Assembly (NCBI RefSeq): GCF_000020225.1
Contig: NC_010655.1
Coordinates: 1,950,001 to 1,982,000 of the forward strand
Direction of reading: 5' to 3'
Length of the DNA: 32,000 bases
DNA from: Akkermansia muciniphila ATCC BAA-835
GTDB taxonomy: Bacteria; Verrucomicrobiota; Verrucomicrobiia; Verrucomicrobiales; Akkermansiaceae
The position numbers were made by a program, and so were the translations under genes. The notes beneath the pieces are model-generated. The model made no database searches, was not told the origin of the DNA, and saw only the letters and a list, made by a program, of their open reading frames with translations. Of the stretch, positions 9,219 to 17,607 are shown piece by piece. Each line of letters begins with the position of its first letter. Position 1 is the stretch's first letter.

Positions 9219-11285
9219 ATGTCCAAATCCGGTGACCCATCCCCCTCTTCTCCCAAGAAGACTTCCGCCAACAAAAAAGCTTCTGAATCCAAGGAAAAAA
9301 TAGCGGCCCGGCCCGCCGCAAAAAATTCCAAAACCGCTCCGAAGGCGGCTCCTGTCAAAAAAAACTCTGCCAAGGCTGCCGCTCCGGCTGCGGAAAAGGC
9401 CGCCGCCAAGCCCGTTGCGGAAAAAAAGGCCCCGGCAAAAAAAGCGTCTCCGGCTTCTGCCTCCAAGAAGGCGGCGCCGTCCGCCAAAAAGACTCCGGCA
9501 AAGGCGCCTGAAGCTGTCCCTGCCAAGAAAGCTCCAGCCAAGGCTGCGGAGAAGAAGCCGGCTGAGAAGAAGGCCGCCAAACCTGCCGCGAAGGAGGAAA
9601 CGCCCAAAAAATTAAGCGAAATACTGGAAGAGGAACGCAAGAGGGCTGCCAGCCGCAAGATCACGAATCCGATTGACGCTCCGGAAATTCAGGAAAAAAT
9701 CCGTGAACTTATCAAGCTCGCCAAGGAACAGGGGTATCTGACTTTTGACGATATTAATGACTCCCTTCCCAACGACATTGTCGATCAGCAGGATTACGAG
9801 GCCATCATGGACCGCCTGCGCAGCATGGCGTTTGACATCATTGACGCGTCTGATGTGGACAGCTACACGGACCGCACCCGCATCAGCACGGAAGAAGAGG
9901 ACGAAGAGGAAAAGCTCGAAGCCAAGATGGACATTCTGGATGATCCCGTCCGCATGTACCTGAAACAAATGGGCCAGGTTTCCCTGCTTACCCGTGAAGA
10001 GGAAGTGGCCATTTCCAAGAGAATTGAGGACGCGGAACAGAACGTCCAGCGCTGTGTGCACCGCTTCGGTTTCATCGCGAATGCCTATCTGGACGTAGCC
10101 TATCGCCTGCTCGACAATGAGGAACGCTTTGACCGCGTTATCCTTGACAAAAAGATAGACTCCCGTGAGCGCTATATGAAAGGGCTGGCCCAGCTCTGCG
10201 CCCAGATACAGCAGACCCATCAGGACGCATCCGGTTCCTTCCGCAAGCTGTACCGCAGCAAGGAGGCGGCCAAGTCCGTCAAGGCCCGCCAGGCCGAATT
10301 CGACAAAGTTGCCGGCGCTTTGGTGAAGTTCTTCGGTCGCCTGTATTTCAAGCACAAGGTGATTGAGGATTTCTGTTCCATGATTGACGAGGCCCGCGAC
10401 CGCGTGCTCCGCATGCAGAAGAAGGTTGCCCTGGAACCGGACAACAAGGAACTCAAGGAACATCTGGCAGAGCTGGAGCTTCGCATGTGGATGACTGCGG
10501 ATGAGATGGGAGATGCCTACCAGGAACTCCGCAAATGGCTTCGCGAAGCCCGCAGGGCCAAGGATGAAATGGTGGAGGCCAATCTGCGCCTGGTCATTTC
10601 CATTGCCAAAAAATATACCAACCGCGGCCTCTCCTTCCTGGATCTGATTCAGGAAGGCAACATGGGCCTGATGAAAGCGGTGGAAAAATTTGAATACCGC
10701 CGCGGCTACAAATTCTCCACCTATGCCACCTGGTGGATTCGCCAGGCCATCACCCGCTCCATTGCAGACCAGGCCCGCACCATCCGCATTCCCGTGCACA
10801 TGATTGAAACCATCAATAAATTGATGCGCGTGCAAAAGCAGTTGGTGCAGGAGTACGGTAGGGAACCCACTCCGGAAGAAATCGCGGAAGAAATCCATCT
10901 GCCTGTGGAACGCGTGCGTTCCGTTTTGAAAATGGCCCAGCAGCCCATTTCCCTGCAAGCCCCCGTGGGGGATTCCGACGATACCTCCTTTGGTGACTTT
11001 ATTGAAGACAAGGCGGCGGAAAATCCCATGGAGGAAGCCTCCTTCTCTTTCCTGAAAGAAAAAATCAAGGATGTTCTGGACACCCTCACGGATCGTGAAC
11101 GCGAAGTTATTGAACAGCGCTTCGGCCTCCGGGACGGCAGTCCCCGCACTCTGGAGGAAGTGGGCCGCCAGTTCAGCGTCACCCGCGAACGCATTCGCCA
11201 GATTGAAGCCAAAGCCCTCCGCAAGCTGCGCCATCCCACGCGCATCAGCAAGATCAAGGGATTCCTGGAAATGACGGAATCCTAA
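9219..11285 (+). CDS. rpoD: RNA polymerase primary sigma factor (sigma-70) with a long Lys/Ala/Pro-rich N-terminal extension
   Basis: The C-terminal two-thirds carries the canonical regions: 1.2 ([29 protein letters not shown]), 2 ([60 protein letters not shown]), 3 and 4.2 ([30 protein letters not shown]). Start taken as the ATG at 9219 (MSKSGD...); the in-frame GTG at 9198 is an alternative. Confidence 0.93.
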   Translation: MSKSGDPSPSSPKKTSANKKASESKEKIAARPAAKNSKTAPKAAPVKKNSAKAAAPAAEKAAAKPVAEKKAPAKKASPASASKKAAPSAKKTPAKAPEAVPAKKAPAKAAEKKPAEKKAAKPAAKEETPKKLSEILEEERKRAASRKITNPIDAPEIQEKIRELIKLAKEQGYLTFDDINDSLPNDIVDQQDYEAIMDRLRSMAFDIIDASDVDSYTDRTRISTEEEDEEEKLEAKMDILDDPVRMYLKQMGQVSLLTREEEVAISKRIEDAEQNVQRCVHRFGFIANAYLDVAYRLLDNEERFDRVILDKKIDSRERYMKGLAQLCAQIQQTHQDASGSFRKLYRSKEAAKSVKARQAEFDKVAGALVKFFGRLYFKHKVIEDFCSMIDEARDRVLRMQKKVALEPDNKELKEHLAELELRMWMTADEMGDAYQELRKWLREARRAKDEMVEANLRLVISIAKKYTNRGLSFLDLIQEGNMGLMKAVEKFEYRRGYKFSTYATWWIRQAITRSIADQARTIRIPVHMIETINKLMRVQKQLVQEYGREPTPEEIAEEIHLPVERVRSVLKMAQQPISLQAPVGDSDDTSFGDFIEDKAAENPMEEASFSFLKEKIKDVLDTLTDREREVIEQRFGLRDGSPRTLEEVGRQFSVTRERIRQIEAKALRKLRHPTRISKIKGFLEMTES

Positions 11286-11323
11286 CCGGATTTGCGCCGC
11301 ATGCCGTGCTACGCTTTGTGGTC

Positions 11324-12064
11324 ATGAAGACTTGCGTAGCTGCGGTATGCAGCATGTTCATGTTACTGGTTTCCTGTTCCGGCAGCAGGGAATTCAAACC
11401 GGCGTTCAATCAGCCCCTTCAGCCCGTGATGCAGCCGGGCTTTGTGTATGTGGATCAGGTGGCTCCGCTGGTGAAGACTAATTTGAAATATGCCGGGTAT
11501 GACAATTTTGTAGGGCGTCCGCTGGACGGTTACCACGGTCGGCGCGCCATCCTGCGCACCCAGGCGGCGCAGGCGTTGAAAAAAGTCTCGGAAGATTTGT
11601 ATCGTCAGGGTTACCTGCTGGAAATTTATGACGCCTACCGTCCCCATACCGCCGTGCTGGACATTTGCAAATGGGGAGCTGACGACGGGGACCAAAAGAT
11701 GAAGTCCCGGTATTATCCCCATATTGACAAGGCCAAGGTGTTCGGAGACCACTATGTGCGCGATTTTTCGGAACATTCCCGGGGTGTGGCTGTGGATGTT
11801 TCCCTGCTGTACGCCAAGACCGGAAAGCCGGTGGATATGGGCGGCCATCATGACCTGCTGGATCCCAGTTCCACCACAGACTCCACATTAGTGACTCCGT
11901 CCCAACGCAGAAACAGGATGATTCTGAAAACGGCTTTTGAAAAACAGGGTTTTGCCAATTATGCTCCGGAATGGTGGCACTATCGCCTGTTGAATGAGCC
12001 TGAACCTACCCTGCATTATTACTTTCCCGTGTGGGACGGCATGACTTCCGCGGGCAGGCCATAA
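11324..12064 (+). CDS. ddpX: D-alanyl-D-alanine dipeptidase (peptidase M15D, VanX/DdpX family), predicted lipoprotein
   Basis: VanX-family motifs: YDAYRP, SEHSRGVAVDVSL (the SxHxxGxAxD zinc site) and APEWWHY (EWWH). From the ATG at 11324 the N-terminus MKTCVAAVCSMFMLLVSCSG has a signal peptide plus a lipobox (LVS-C). There is no terminator between it and rpoD. Confidence 0.85.
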   Translation: MKTCVAAVCSMFMLLVSCSGSREFKPAFNQPLQPVMQPGFVYVDQVAPLVKTNLKYAGYDNFVGRPLDGYHGRRAILRTQAAQALKKVSEDLYRQGYLLEIYDAYRPHTAVLDICKWGADDGDQKMKSRYYPHIDKAKVFGDHYVRDFSEHSRGVAVDVSLLYAKTGKPVDMGGHHDLLDPSSTTDSTLVTPSQRRNRMILKTAFEKQGFANYAPEWWHYRLLNEPEPTLHYYFPVWDGMTSAGRP

Positions 12065-12244
12065 AAAAATTTTACATATCAAATTTTGTAAAAATTTGTT
12101 TGTTAGCTGAGTGGTCGGCTCCGTGCTGATTCCTATCAAGCAGAATGTAGAAGATCGTACTGACACTTGGAAAGGATACATTAGAGTAGAAAAAGCAGAA
12201 CGGCATTATTTCCTCATCGACGGAGACGATGTTATGACTCTCCA

Positions 12245-12706
12245 ATGGCGCGAGTCATCTATGCGGAAGCCGATACGAAGGGTGCCGAGATAAGGACGAG
12301 TGCATTGGTGATGTTGAATCGTCCCGGCAGCACGAAAGGGAATGCTTATCGAAATCCCTTGTTGAGTATATTGACGGAATTTGGCGAAATCAAAGACGGT
12401 AAGAATCCTGATTGGGCCTCCGTAATAAATCAGCAATATGCCAAGGTTGAAGTGGATGAGTACAGGGATATTGACAGGCTGAGCTGTGAAAAACTGGAAG
12501 AAGCCAGAAAGGCGCTCCTTGAGGTTCTGAGCGGTGGCGTGACTGTTCCTTATGATGAATTTAGAACGGCAGTCACTACTCCCACGCCTCATGTCACTAT
12601 TGGCGGAACTGACTTTTTGACTGAAAAGCAGTATCGGAACTGTATTGTCAAACCAGACGGATGCGATAGTTTGTCTGTCTGGCCCGGTGGACCTTTGGAT
12701 AGATAA
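12245..12706 (+). CDS. SleB/CwlJ-like cell-wall hydrolase domain protein (Hydrolase_2-type), no signal peptide
   Basis: M-ARVIYAEADTKGAEIRTSALVMLNR matches the family-defining opening block of SleB/CwlJ hydrolases (B. subtilis CwlJ: ARLLRAEAEGEG...VGNVGINR; SleB: ANAVYGESRGEP...VAAVILNR). The ATG at 12245 is the first start after an in-frame stop at 12182. A short ORF in another frame (12111-12293) overlaps the start; see findings. Confidence 0.6.
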   Translation: MARVIYAEADTKGAEIRTSALVMLNRPGSTKGNAYRNPLLSILTEFGEIKDGKNPDWASVINQQYAKVEVDEYRDIDRLSCEKLEEARKALLEVLSGGVTVPYDEFRTAVTTPTPHVTIGGTDFLTEKQYRNCIVKPDGCDSLSVWPGGPLDR

Positions 12707-12782
12707 ATCATTCTGAAGCATCATCAGGCGGATCAGGTGATTGAGACTTGAGCCGTCTTTTTGACGAAGTAATATCTGGAGG

Positions 12783-13298
12783 ATGAATGCCTCTCTTAAA
12801 ACGCTTCTTTTCTCTTGCCGCACGGTTCCCCTTGTTATGGCTTTTGACGTGCCTTCTCCCCTTGTCGATCATCCTCCGGTGGATGTTGCCGCCTTGCGTT
12901 TTCACAAGCAGGAGATGACTTTTCTGGAAAACTGTTTCCGGGAGAATCCGGATAACAAAGTAATTTGGCAGGCGGACCATGAAGCCGCATTAGTGTGGAG
13001 AACGCCGAGGGGAGCCAATTTTAACAGTTATGAATTTAAGGCTTTTCTGCGCCAGCAGGACGGTTCATTCATGGAAATGGGGAGGTATTCCGTCATGTCT
13101 AGCTATGGATATTGGGATGAAAAAAATATCCAATTCTCCGATAAAGGATTTCAGGTTGTTTTAATTGCGGATGGAGGAGCAACGCATGCAAGTCATCAGT
13201 TCTATTATTCCCAACCTGCCGCTACCTTTGTTTTCCGGTTGGGCCGGGAAGAGGGCAAATGTTCCAACGAGGAAGTGTGGATGGACAATGGCAGTTGA
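12783..13298 (+). CDS. Hypothetical protein (171 aa), possible partner of the upstream hydrolase
   Basis: Clean 171-aa ORF on the same strand, 76 nt after the hydrolase ORF, with GGAGG directly before the ATG. No motif was recognised. The N-terminus MNASLKTLLFSC is at best a marginal, very short lipobox-like signal. Confidence 0.5.
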   Translation: MNASLKTLLFSCRTVPLVMAFDVPSPLVDHPPVDVAALRFHKQEMTFLENCFRENPDNKVIWQADHEAALVWRTPRGANFNSYEFKAFLRQQDGSFMEMGRYSVMSSYGYWDEKNIQFSDKGFQVVLIADGGATHASHQFYYSQPAATFVFRLGREEGKCSNEEVWMDNGS

Positions 13299-13434
13299 TT
13301 TCCAAACCGGTTTGTCTGCAATATAGGAGGGGAAAAGTGCAGTTTGGATGAACCCCGGCCATTCCTTGACGAAGAGGTTTTTTTGTTGCGGGCGTCTTGG
13401 CCGCGCGTATCGGGGGCCGTAAATACGGATTTTT

Positions 13435-13471
13435 GATGAAAAGGCCGTTCCGCGGTAAAGGCGGAACGGCC
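13435..13471 (-). terminator. Intrinsic terminator of rpiB-glyA
   Basis: Perfect 11-bp stem, GGCCGTTCCGC (13443-13453) paired with GCGGAACGGCC (13461-13471), with a 7-nt loop. On the minus strand it is followed by TTTTCATCAAAAAT. It lies 27 nt after the glyA stop. Confidence 0.65.
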
Positions 13472-13497
13472 TGAAAAGCGTTTATACGCAGGAGATG

Positions 13498-15198
13498 TTA
13501 ATGAGGCAGGCGGAAGTTGCGGTTAAACGCGGAAACTTCTTCCTTAAGCTGGGAGAAGCCTTCCGGATTCGGGCATACCTGGTCACCTACGTACAAGGCC
13601 AGCGCACGCGCAATGAATTCAGCCACCTGTTCCACGTCTTTTTCCTTCATGCCGCGAGTGGTTACGGCAGGCGTACCGATGCGGATGCCGGAAGGTTTCA
13701 TGGGAGAACCCGTGTCAAACGGGATGGCGTTCTTGTTTACGGTGATGCCTACGCGGTCCAGGGCTTCCTGCGCATCTGCACCGTTAATGCCTTTGTTGCG
13801 GAGGTCTACCATGAATACGTGGTTGTCCGTACCGTTGGAGACGACGCGGAAGCCGAGTTCCGCCATTTTGGCCGCCATGGCCTTGGCGTTTTTGACAACC
13901 TGGGCCGCATAGTCCTTGAATTCGGGCTTCAGAGCTTCTCCGAAACAGGCCGCCTTGGCGGCAATGATGTGCATGAGGGGGCCGCCCTGCATTCCGGGGA
14001 AGACGGCTGCATCCAGTTTTTTGGCGTATTCCTCCTTGCAGATGACGAAGCCGCCGCGGGGGCCGCGCAGGGATTTATGCGTGGTGGAGGAGACGAAGTC
14101 CGCATGGGGAACCGGATTCGGGTGCTGCCCCCCGGCCACCAGGCCCGCGATGTGGGCCATGTCCACGAACAGGTAGGCACCGCAGGCCCTGGCAATCTGG
14201 CCCATGCGTTCAAAGTCGATTGTGCGTGAGTAGGCGCTTGCTCCCGCCGTGATCATTTGCGGCTTTACCTCCAGAGCCAGTTTTTCCAAAGCATCATAGT
14301 CAATAGCTTCCGTTTCCTGGGATACGCCGTAGTGAACCACATTGTACAGTTTGCCGGAGAAGTTGGCCCGGTGTCCGTGGGTGAGGTGGCCGCCGTGGGA
14401 GAGATCCATCGTGAGAATGGTGTCGCCCGGCTTCAGAACAGAGAAGTAAACGGCCATGTTGGCCTGGGAACCGGAGTGGGGCTGCACGTTGGCATGATCC
14501 CCGCCGAAAATTTTCAGCACGCGGTCAATGGCGAGCTGTTCCACTTTGTCCACCACCTCGCAACCGCCATACCAGCGCTTGCCGGGATAGCCTTCCGCGT
14601 ATTTGTTGGTCAGCAGGGAGCCCTGGGCTTCCCGGACGGAGGGAGAGGTGAAATTTTCGGAGGCAATCAGCTCAATGTTGTTGCTTTCCCGGCGTCCTTC
14701 CTCCTGGATGAGGCCCGCCAGTTCCGGGTCCGTCCATTGCAGGGGGCTACCGGAGGATTTAACGACGCGGCGTTCATGGCGTCCGCCTTCAAAGTCAGCA
14801 TGCAGCCAGGCGTCCAGGACGTCTTCCACACTTTCATTGTCCACATAGGCGGAAGCCAGGCAGAGCAGGTTGGAATCATTGTGCTGGCGGGAAAGGGCCG
14901 CAGCAGGGGCCGTGCGGCAGAGGGCGGCGCGGACGCCCACCCAGCGGTTGGCGGCAATGCTCATGCCGATGCCGGACCGGCAGATAAGGATGCCGCGGTC
15001 GTTGGTGCCGTCAGCAATGCTGCTTGCGACTGCATTGGCGTAGTCGGAATAATCACAGGAATTTTTGGTCATGGTTCCCATGTCGGTCACTTCATGACCC
15101 CATGCCTTGAGGAGTTCTGCTACGGTTTCCTTGAGATCGACTCCGGCGTGATCCGCGCCGATGGCAATTTTGTATGTCGTATTCATGGTGGTGCTCAT
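13498..15198 (-). CDS. glyA: Bifunctional fusion: ribose-5-phosphate isomerase B (RpiB/LacAB) N-domain + serine hydroxymethyltransferase
   Basis: The N-terminal ~150 aa align by eye to E. coli RpiB ([56 protein letters not shown]). After a short linker (KSSGSPLQW) the sequence continues without a stop into a full SHMT ([32 protein letters not shown]-lysine block [14 protein letters not shown]). Start taken at the ATG at 15198 ([10 protein letters not shown]); the ATG at 15186 is an alternative. The ORF-track start at 15276 is probably too far upstream. Confidence 0.9.
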   Translation of the reverse strand: MSTTMNTTYKIAIGADHAGVDLKETVAELLKAWGHEVTDMGTMTKNSCDYSDYANAVASSIADGTNDRGILICRSGIGMSIAANRWVGVRAALCRTAPAAALSRQHNDSNLLCLASAYVDNESVEDVLDAWLHADFEGGRHERRVVKSSGSPLQWTDPELAGLIQEEGRRESNNIELIASENFTSPSVREAQGSLLTNKYAEGYPGKRWYGGCEVVDKVEQLAIDRVLKIFGGDHANVQPHSGSQANMAVYFSVLKPGDTILTMDLSHGGHLTHGHRANFSGKLYNVVHYGVSQETEAIDYDALEKLALEVKPQMITAGASAYSRTIDFERMGQIARACGAYLFVDMAHIAGLVAGGQHPNPVPHADFVSSTTHKSLRGPRGGFVICKEEYAKKLDAAVFPGMQGGPLMHIIAAKAACFGEALKPEFKDYAAQVVKNAKAMAAKMAELGFRVVSNGTDNHVFMVDLRNKGINGADAQEALDRVGITVNKNAIPFDTGSPMKPSGIRIGTPAVTTRGMKEKDVEQVAEFIARALALYVGDQVCPNPEGFSQLKEEVSAFNRNFRLPH

Positions 15199-15213
15199 TG
15201 CTGACGGGCAAAA

Positions 15214-15242
15214 ATACTGCCTTATTTCCCTCCGGCTGGCAA
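15214..15242 (-). promoter_or_regulatory. Weak candidate promoter for rpiB-glyA (TTGCCA-17-CAGTAT on the minus strand)
   Basis: On the minus strand, TTGCCA (15242-15237), a 17-nt spacer, and CAGTAT (15219-15214). It sits between the prc terminator and the rpiB-glyA start. The -10 is poor. Confidence 0.2.
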
Positions 15243-15296
15243 GCCCCGGATTCATTTCGGGCTGTTCGGGAGGCACGGCTCCCGGAATTGCCTCGG

Positions 15297-15331
15297 AAAA
15301 AAGAACCCCGGTTCCCTGAATGGGACCGGGG
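15297..15331 (-). terminator. Intrinsic terminator of the tail-specific protease gene
   Basis: Minus strand reads CCCCGGTCCC-attca-GGGAACCGGGG followed by TTCTTTTTT. This is a 10-bp GC-rich stem with one bulged A and a U-tract, 30 nt after the stop at 15361. Confidence 0.75.
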
Positions 15332-15360
15332 CGGCAAGGAGGTTCGCGAGGAGCGAGCCG

Positions 15361-17607
15361 TTATTTTCCGGAGGATTCCAGCTTCAGCATATCCTGGACG
15401 ATGTTGATGCCTTCGCGGAGTTCCGGATCAAGGCCGGAGGGGTATTCCGGGGAGTCGTCCAGTTCTGCCGTGGGGTCTTCCGCCAGGTGCATGAATTGTT
15501 CATTGTCTTTTTCCGGATCCGCCAGGGGCAGCTCCTTGGCGTTGACGTCATCCAGCGTCAGGCGGTAAATTTTGTATTTGGTTGCGTCTTCCCTGGCCAT
15601 TTCCGCGAAGCGGATTTTACGTTCCTTGTTGATGGATTTGCGGCGTTCTTCCAGGGCGGAGTTTTCCTGTTCCCGGATTTTCTTGTTCAGGGAAAGCTTG
15701 TTGTCCTTGATGCGCTGTTTCATCATGGCGATATCTTCCCTGGCAATCTGGAGGTCGCGGTCTTTTTCCACGCGCTTCGCGCTGGCATCTTTCAGCACGG
15801 GCAGCATGGCCGCGATGGAGGAGTCCTTTTTGTAGTTGGTGCAGGGCGTAATCTGGTCATAGGGCATCGCGTAGTCCAGAATGTCTTCTCCCAGCTCGAA
15901 TGCCGCCGTAGCGGTGGGAAGCTGGATATCGCTTTCCACGCCTTTGAGCTGGGTGGAGCCGCCCGCCACACGGTAAAATTTCTGGGTAGTGACTTTCAGC
16001 AGGCCCGCACGGTCTCTGGCCGCGAAGAAAGGCAGGTATTGGCCGATGTCCACAGGCTGCTGCACAGACCCCTTCCCGAAGGTGGATTCATCCCCCACAA
16101 TCACGGCGCGGCCGTAATCCTGAAGGGCCGCGGCCAGAATTTCAGAGGCGGATGCGCTGAGTTTATTAATGAGCACCACAATGGGGCCATTGAAGAGTTT
16201 CTGGCGGTTGTGGGCGGATTTGATATCCACGTTGCCGCGGGTGTCCTTGATTTGTACCACGGGGCCGTTTCCGGTAAAGAAGCCCGTCATCAGGCGCACT
16301 TCCTCCAGGGAACCGCCGCCGTTGCTACGCAGGTCAATTACCAGGCCATCCACATTTTCCTTGTTCATCCGTTCCAGGATTTTTTTGACATCCTTGGCAC
16401 AGCGGCGGTCTCCGCCTTCCATGTCTGCGTAGAAGGAGGGAAGGCTCAGCACGCCAATGCGGTTCCTGCCTTCCGGAGCTCCGGTAAGTTCAATGATTTC
16501 ACCTTTGGCAAGTTCATCCTTCAGAGGTACCTTGGAGCGGGTCAGCGTAATGATTTTGGCCTGTCCGGGGGCGTCTGCCGGCTCTACTTTCAGGCGCATC
16601 TGGGTATTTTCGGCTCCGCGGATCATATCCACCACTTTGTCCAGCTTCATGAACAGGATATCCACCATTTCTCCGGAGTTGTCGGAGTCAATGGCAACGA
16701 TGCGGTCGTTCAGCTTCAATTCTCCGGATTTGTCAGCCGGTCCTCCCACAACGATACCGGTAATTTTGGTGGAACCGTCGTCTTCACTGCCCAACAGGGC
16801 GCCGATGCCGGTGAGTTCCGTACCCATGGAGATTTTGAAACGGTCCACCTGGCGCGCACCCATGTAATCCGTATGCGGGTCATACGTCAAGGCTACGGCG
16901 CTGAGCAGTGTTTCCGCTACGTCTTCCAGATCCGTTTCCTGAATATTGCGTTGAATGCGTTCATAACGCATAAGCAGTTTTTCCTCCGCGGGTTTTTCAT
17001 TGGCCAGGGGATCGGGCTTGTTCTGTTCCTTGGCCAGGCGCGCTACGGTTTCACGGCGCAGGATTTCGGACAGGAGCTGTTCCTCCACCATGTCTTTCCA
17101 GACCTGCTGCATTTCCGCCTCATCCTTGGGCCACGCGGCTGTTTTGCGGCGGGAACGTTCGATAGACTTGTCTTTGTCAAAGGTGAAGCCTCCCTTTTTC
17201 AGCAAATCCCGCGCATAGGAGATGCGCTGCATGGCGCGCTGGCGGTAAAGGGCGTGCATGGCCTGGGCCGCATCCATCATCTGGCCGGACATAAGGTAGT
17301 CGTCCAGCTCCTTACCGTATTTTCTTTTGAGGGCGTCTACGTCCTGCTGGGTGAAGAATATTTTGTTGGGGTCTACCTTGCGCAGGTAGGTTTCCAGGAA
17401 TTTAGTGGATAGTTCATCGCTGAATTCTTTGCGGGAGAAGTGGAAATTCTGGAGCAGCAGGGACATTTGCTTGCCCACCTGGTTGAAGTCCGTAGCCGCA
17501 GAGGCGCAGGAAGTAATGGCGGCTGCGGCCAGGGCCGAGAATGCGGTGAGTCTAATCCAACGGAATGAGTGCATGTTCATAACGGAAAAGGGTGCGTTTT
17601 TTTCCAT
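15361..17607 (-). CDS. prc: Tail-specific (C-terminal processing) protease, peptidase S41A
   Basis: 748 aa with a signal peptide (MHSFRWIRLTAFSALAAAAITSCASA). PDZ block GIGALLGSEDDGSTKITGIVVGGPADKSGELKLNDRIVAID. S41 catalytic blocks DLRSNGGGSLEE, LINKLSASASEILAAAL (Ser) and STFGKGSVQ (Lys). It has the long N- and C-terminal extensions seen in Prc-type enzymes. Alternative starts at M10 and M12. Confidence 0.87.
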   Translation of the reverse strand: MEKNAPFSVMNMHSFRWIRLTAFSALAAAAITSCASAATDFNQVGKQMSLLLQNFHFSRKEFSDELSTKFLETYLRKVDPNKIFFTQQDVDALKRKYGKELDDYLMSGQMMDAAQAMHALYRQRAMQRISYARDLLKKGGFTFDKDKSIERSRRKTAAWPKDEAEMQQVWKDMVEEQLLSEILRRETVARLAKEQNKPDPLANEKPAEEKLLMRYERIQRNIQETDLEDVAETLLSAVALTYDPHTDYMGARQVDRFKISMGTELTGIGALLGSEDDGSTKITGIVVGGPADKSGELKLNDRIVAIDSDNSGEMVDILFMKLDKVVDMIRGAENTQMRLKVEPADAPGQAKIITLTRSKVPLKDELAKGEIIELTGAPEGRNRIGVLSLPSFYADMEGGDRRCAKDVKKILERMNKENVDGLVIDLRSNGGGSLEEVRLMTGFFTGNGPVVQIKDTRGNVDIKSAHNRQKLFNGPIVVLINKLSASASEILAAALQDYGRAVIVGDESTFGKGSVQQPVDIGQYLPFFAARDRAGLLKVTTQKFYRVAGGSTQLKGVESDIQLPTATAAFELGEDILDYAMPYDQITPCTNYKKDSSIAAMLPVLKDASAKRVEKDRDLQIAREDIAMMKQRIKDNKLSLNKKIREQENSALEERRKSINKERKIRFAEMAREDATKYKIYRLTLDDVNAKELPLADPEKDNEQFMHLAEDPTAELDDSPEYPSGLDPELREGINIVQDMLKLESSGK

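Larger units (their letters stand above)
12065..13497. other. AT-richer ~1.4 kb islet between ddpX and rpiB-glyA
   Basis: Hand counts on three 60-nt lines (12301, 13021, 13081) give about 40-48 % GC, visibly lower than the flanking genes. It opens with an A/T-only imperfect palindrome (12063-12097: AAAAAAATTTTACAtatcaaattttGTAAAAATTT). It contains two ORFs with no housekeeping identity. Confidence 0.6.

Noticed and set aside
9212-9664. Alternative-frame and antisense ORFs (9212-9664 minus, 9415-9615 plus) and the repetitive DNA in the rpoD 5' region, considered as separate genes or a repeat array
   Set aside because: They are by-products of the low-complexity GCC/AAG/AAA codon repeats that encode the Lys/Ala/Pro tail of RpoD. 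There is no spacer-repeat periodicity, so it is not CRISPR-like.
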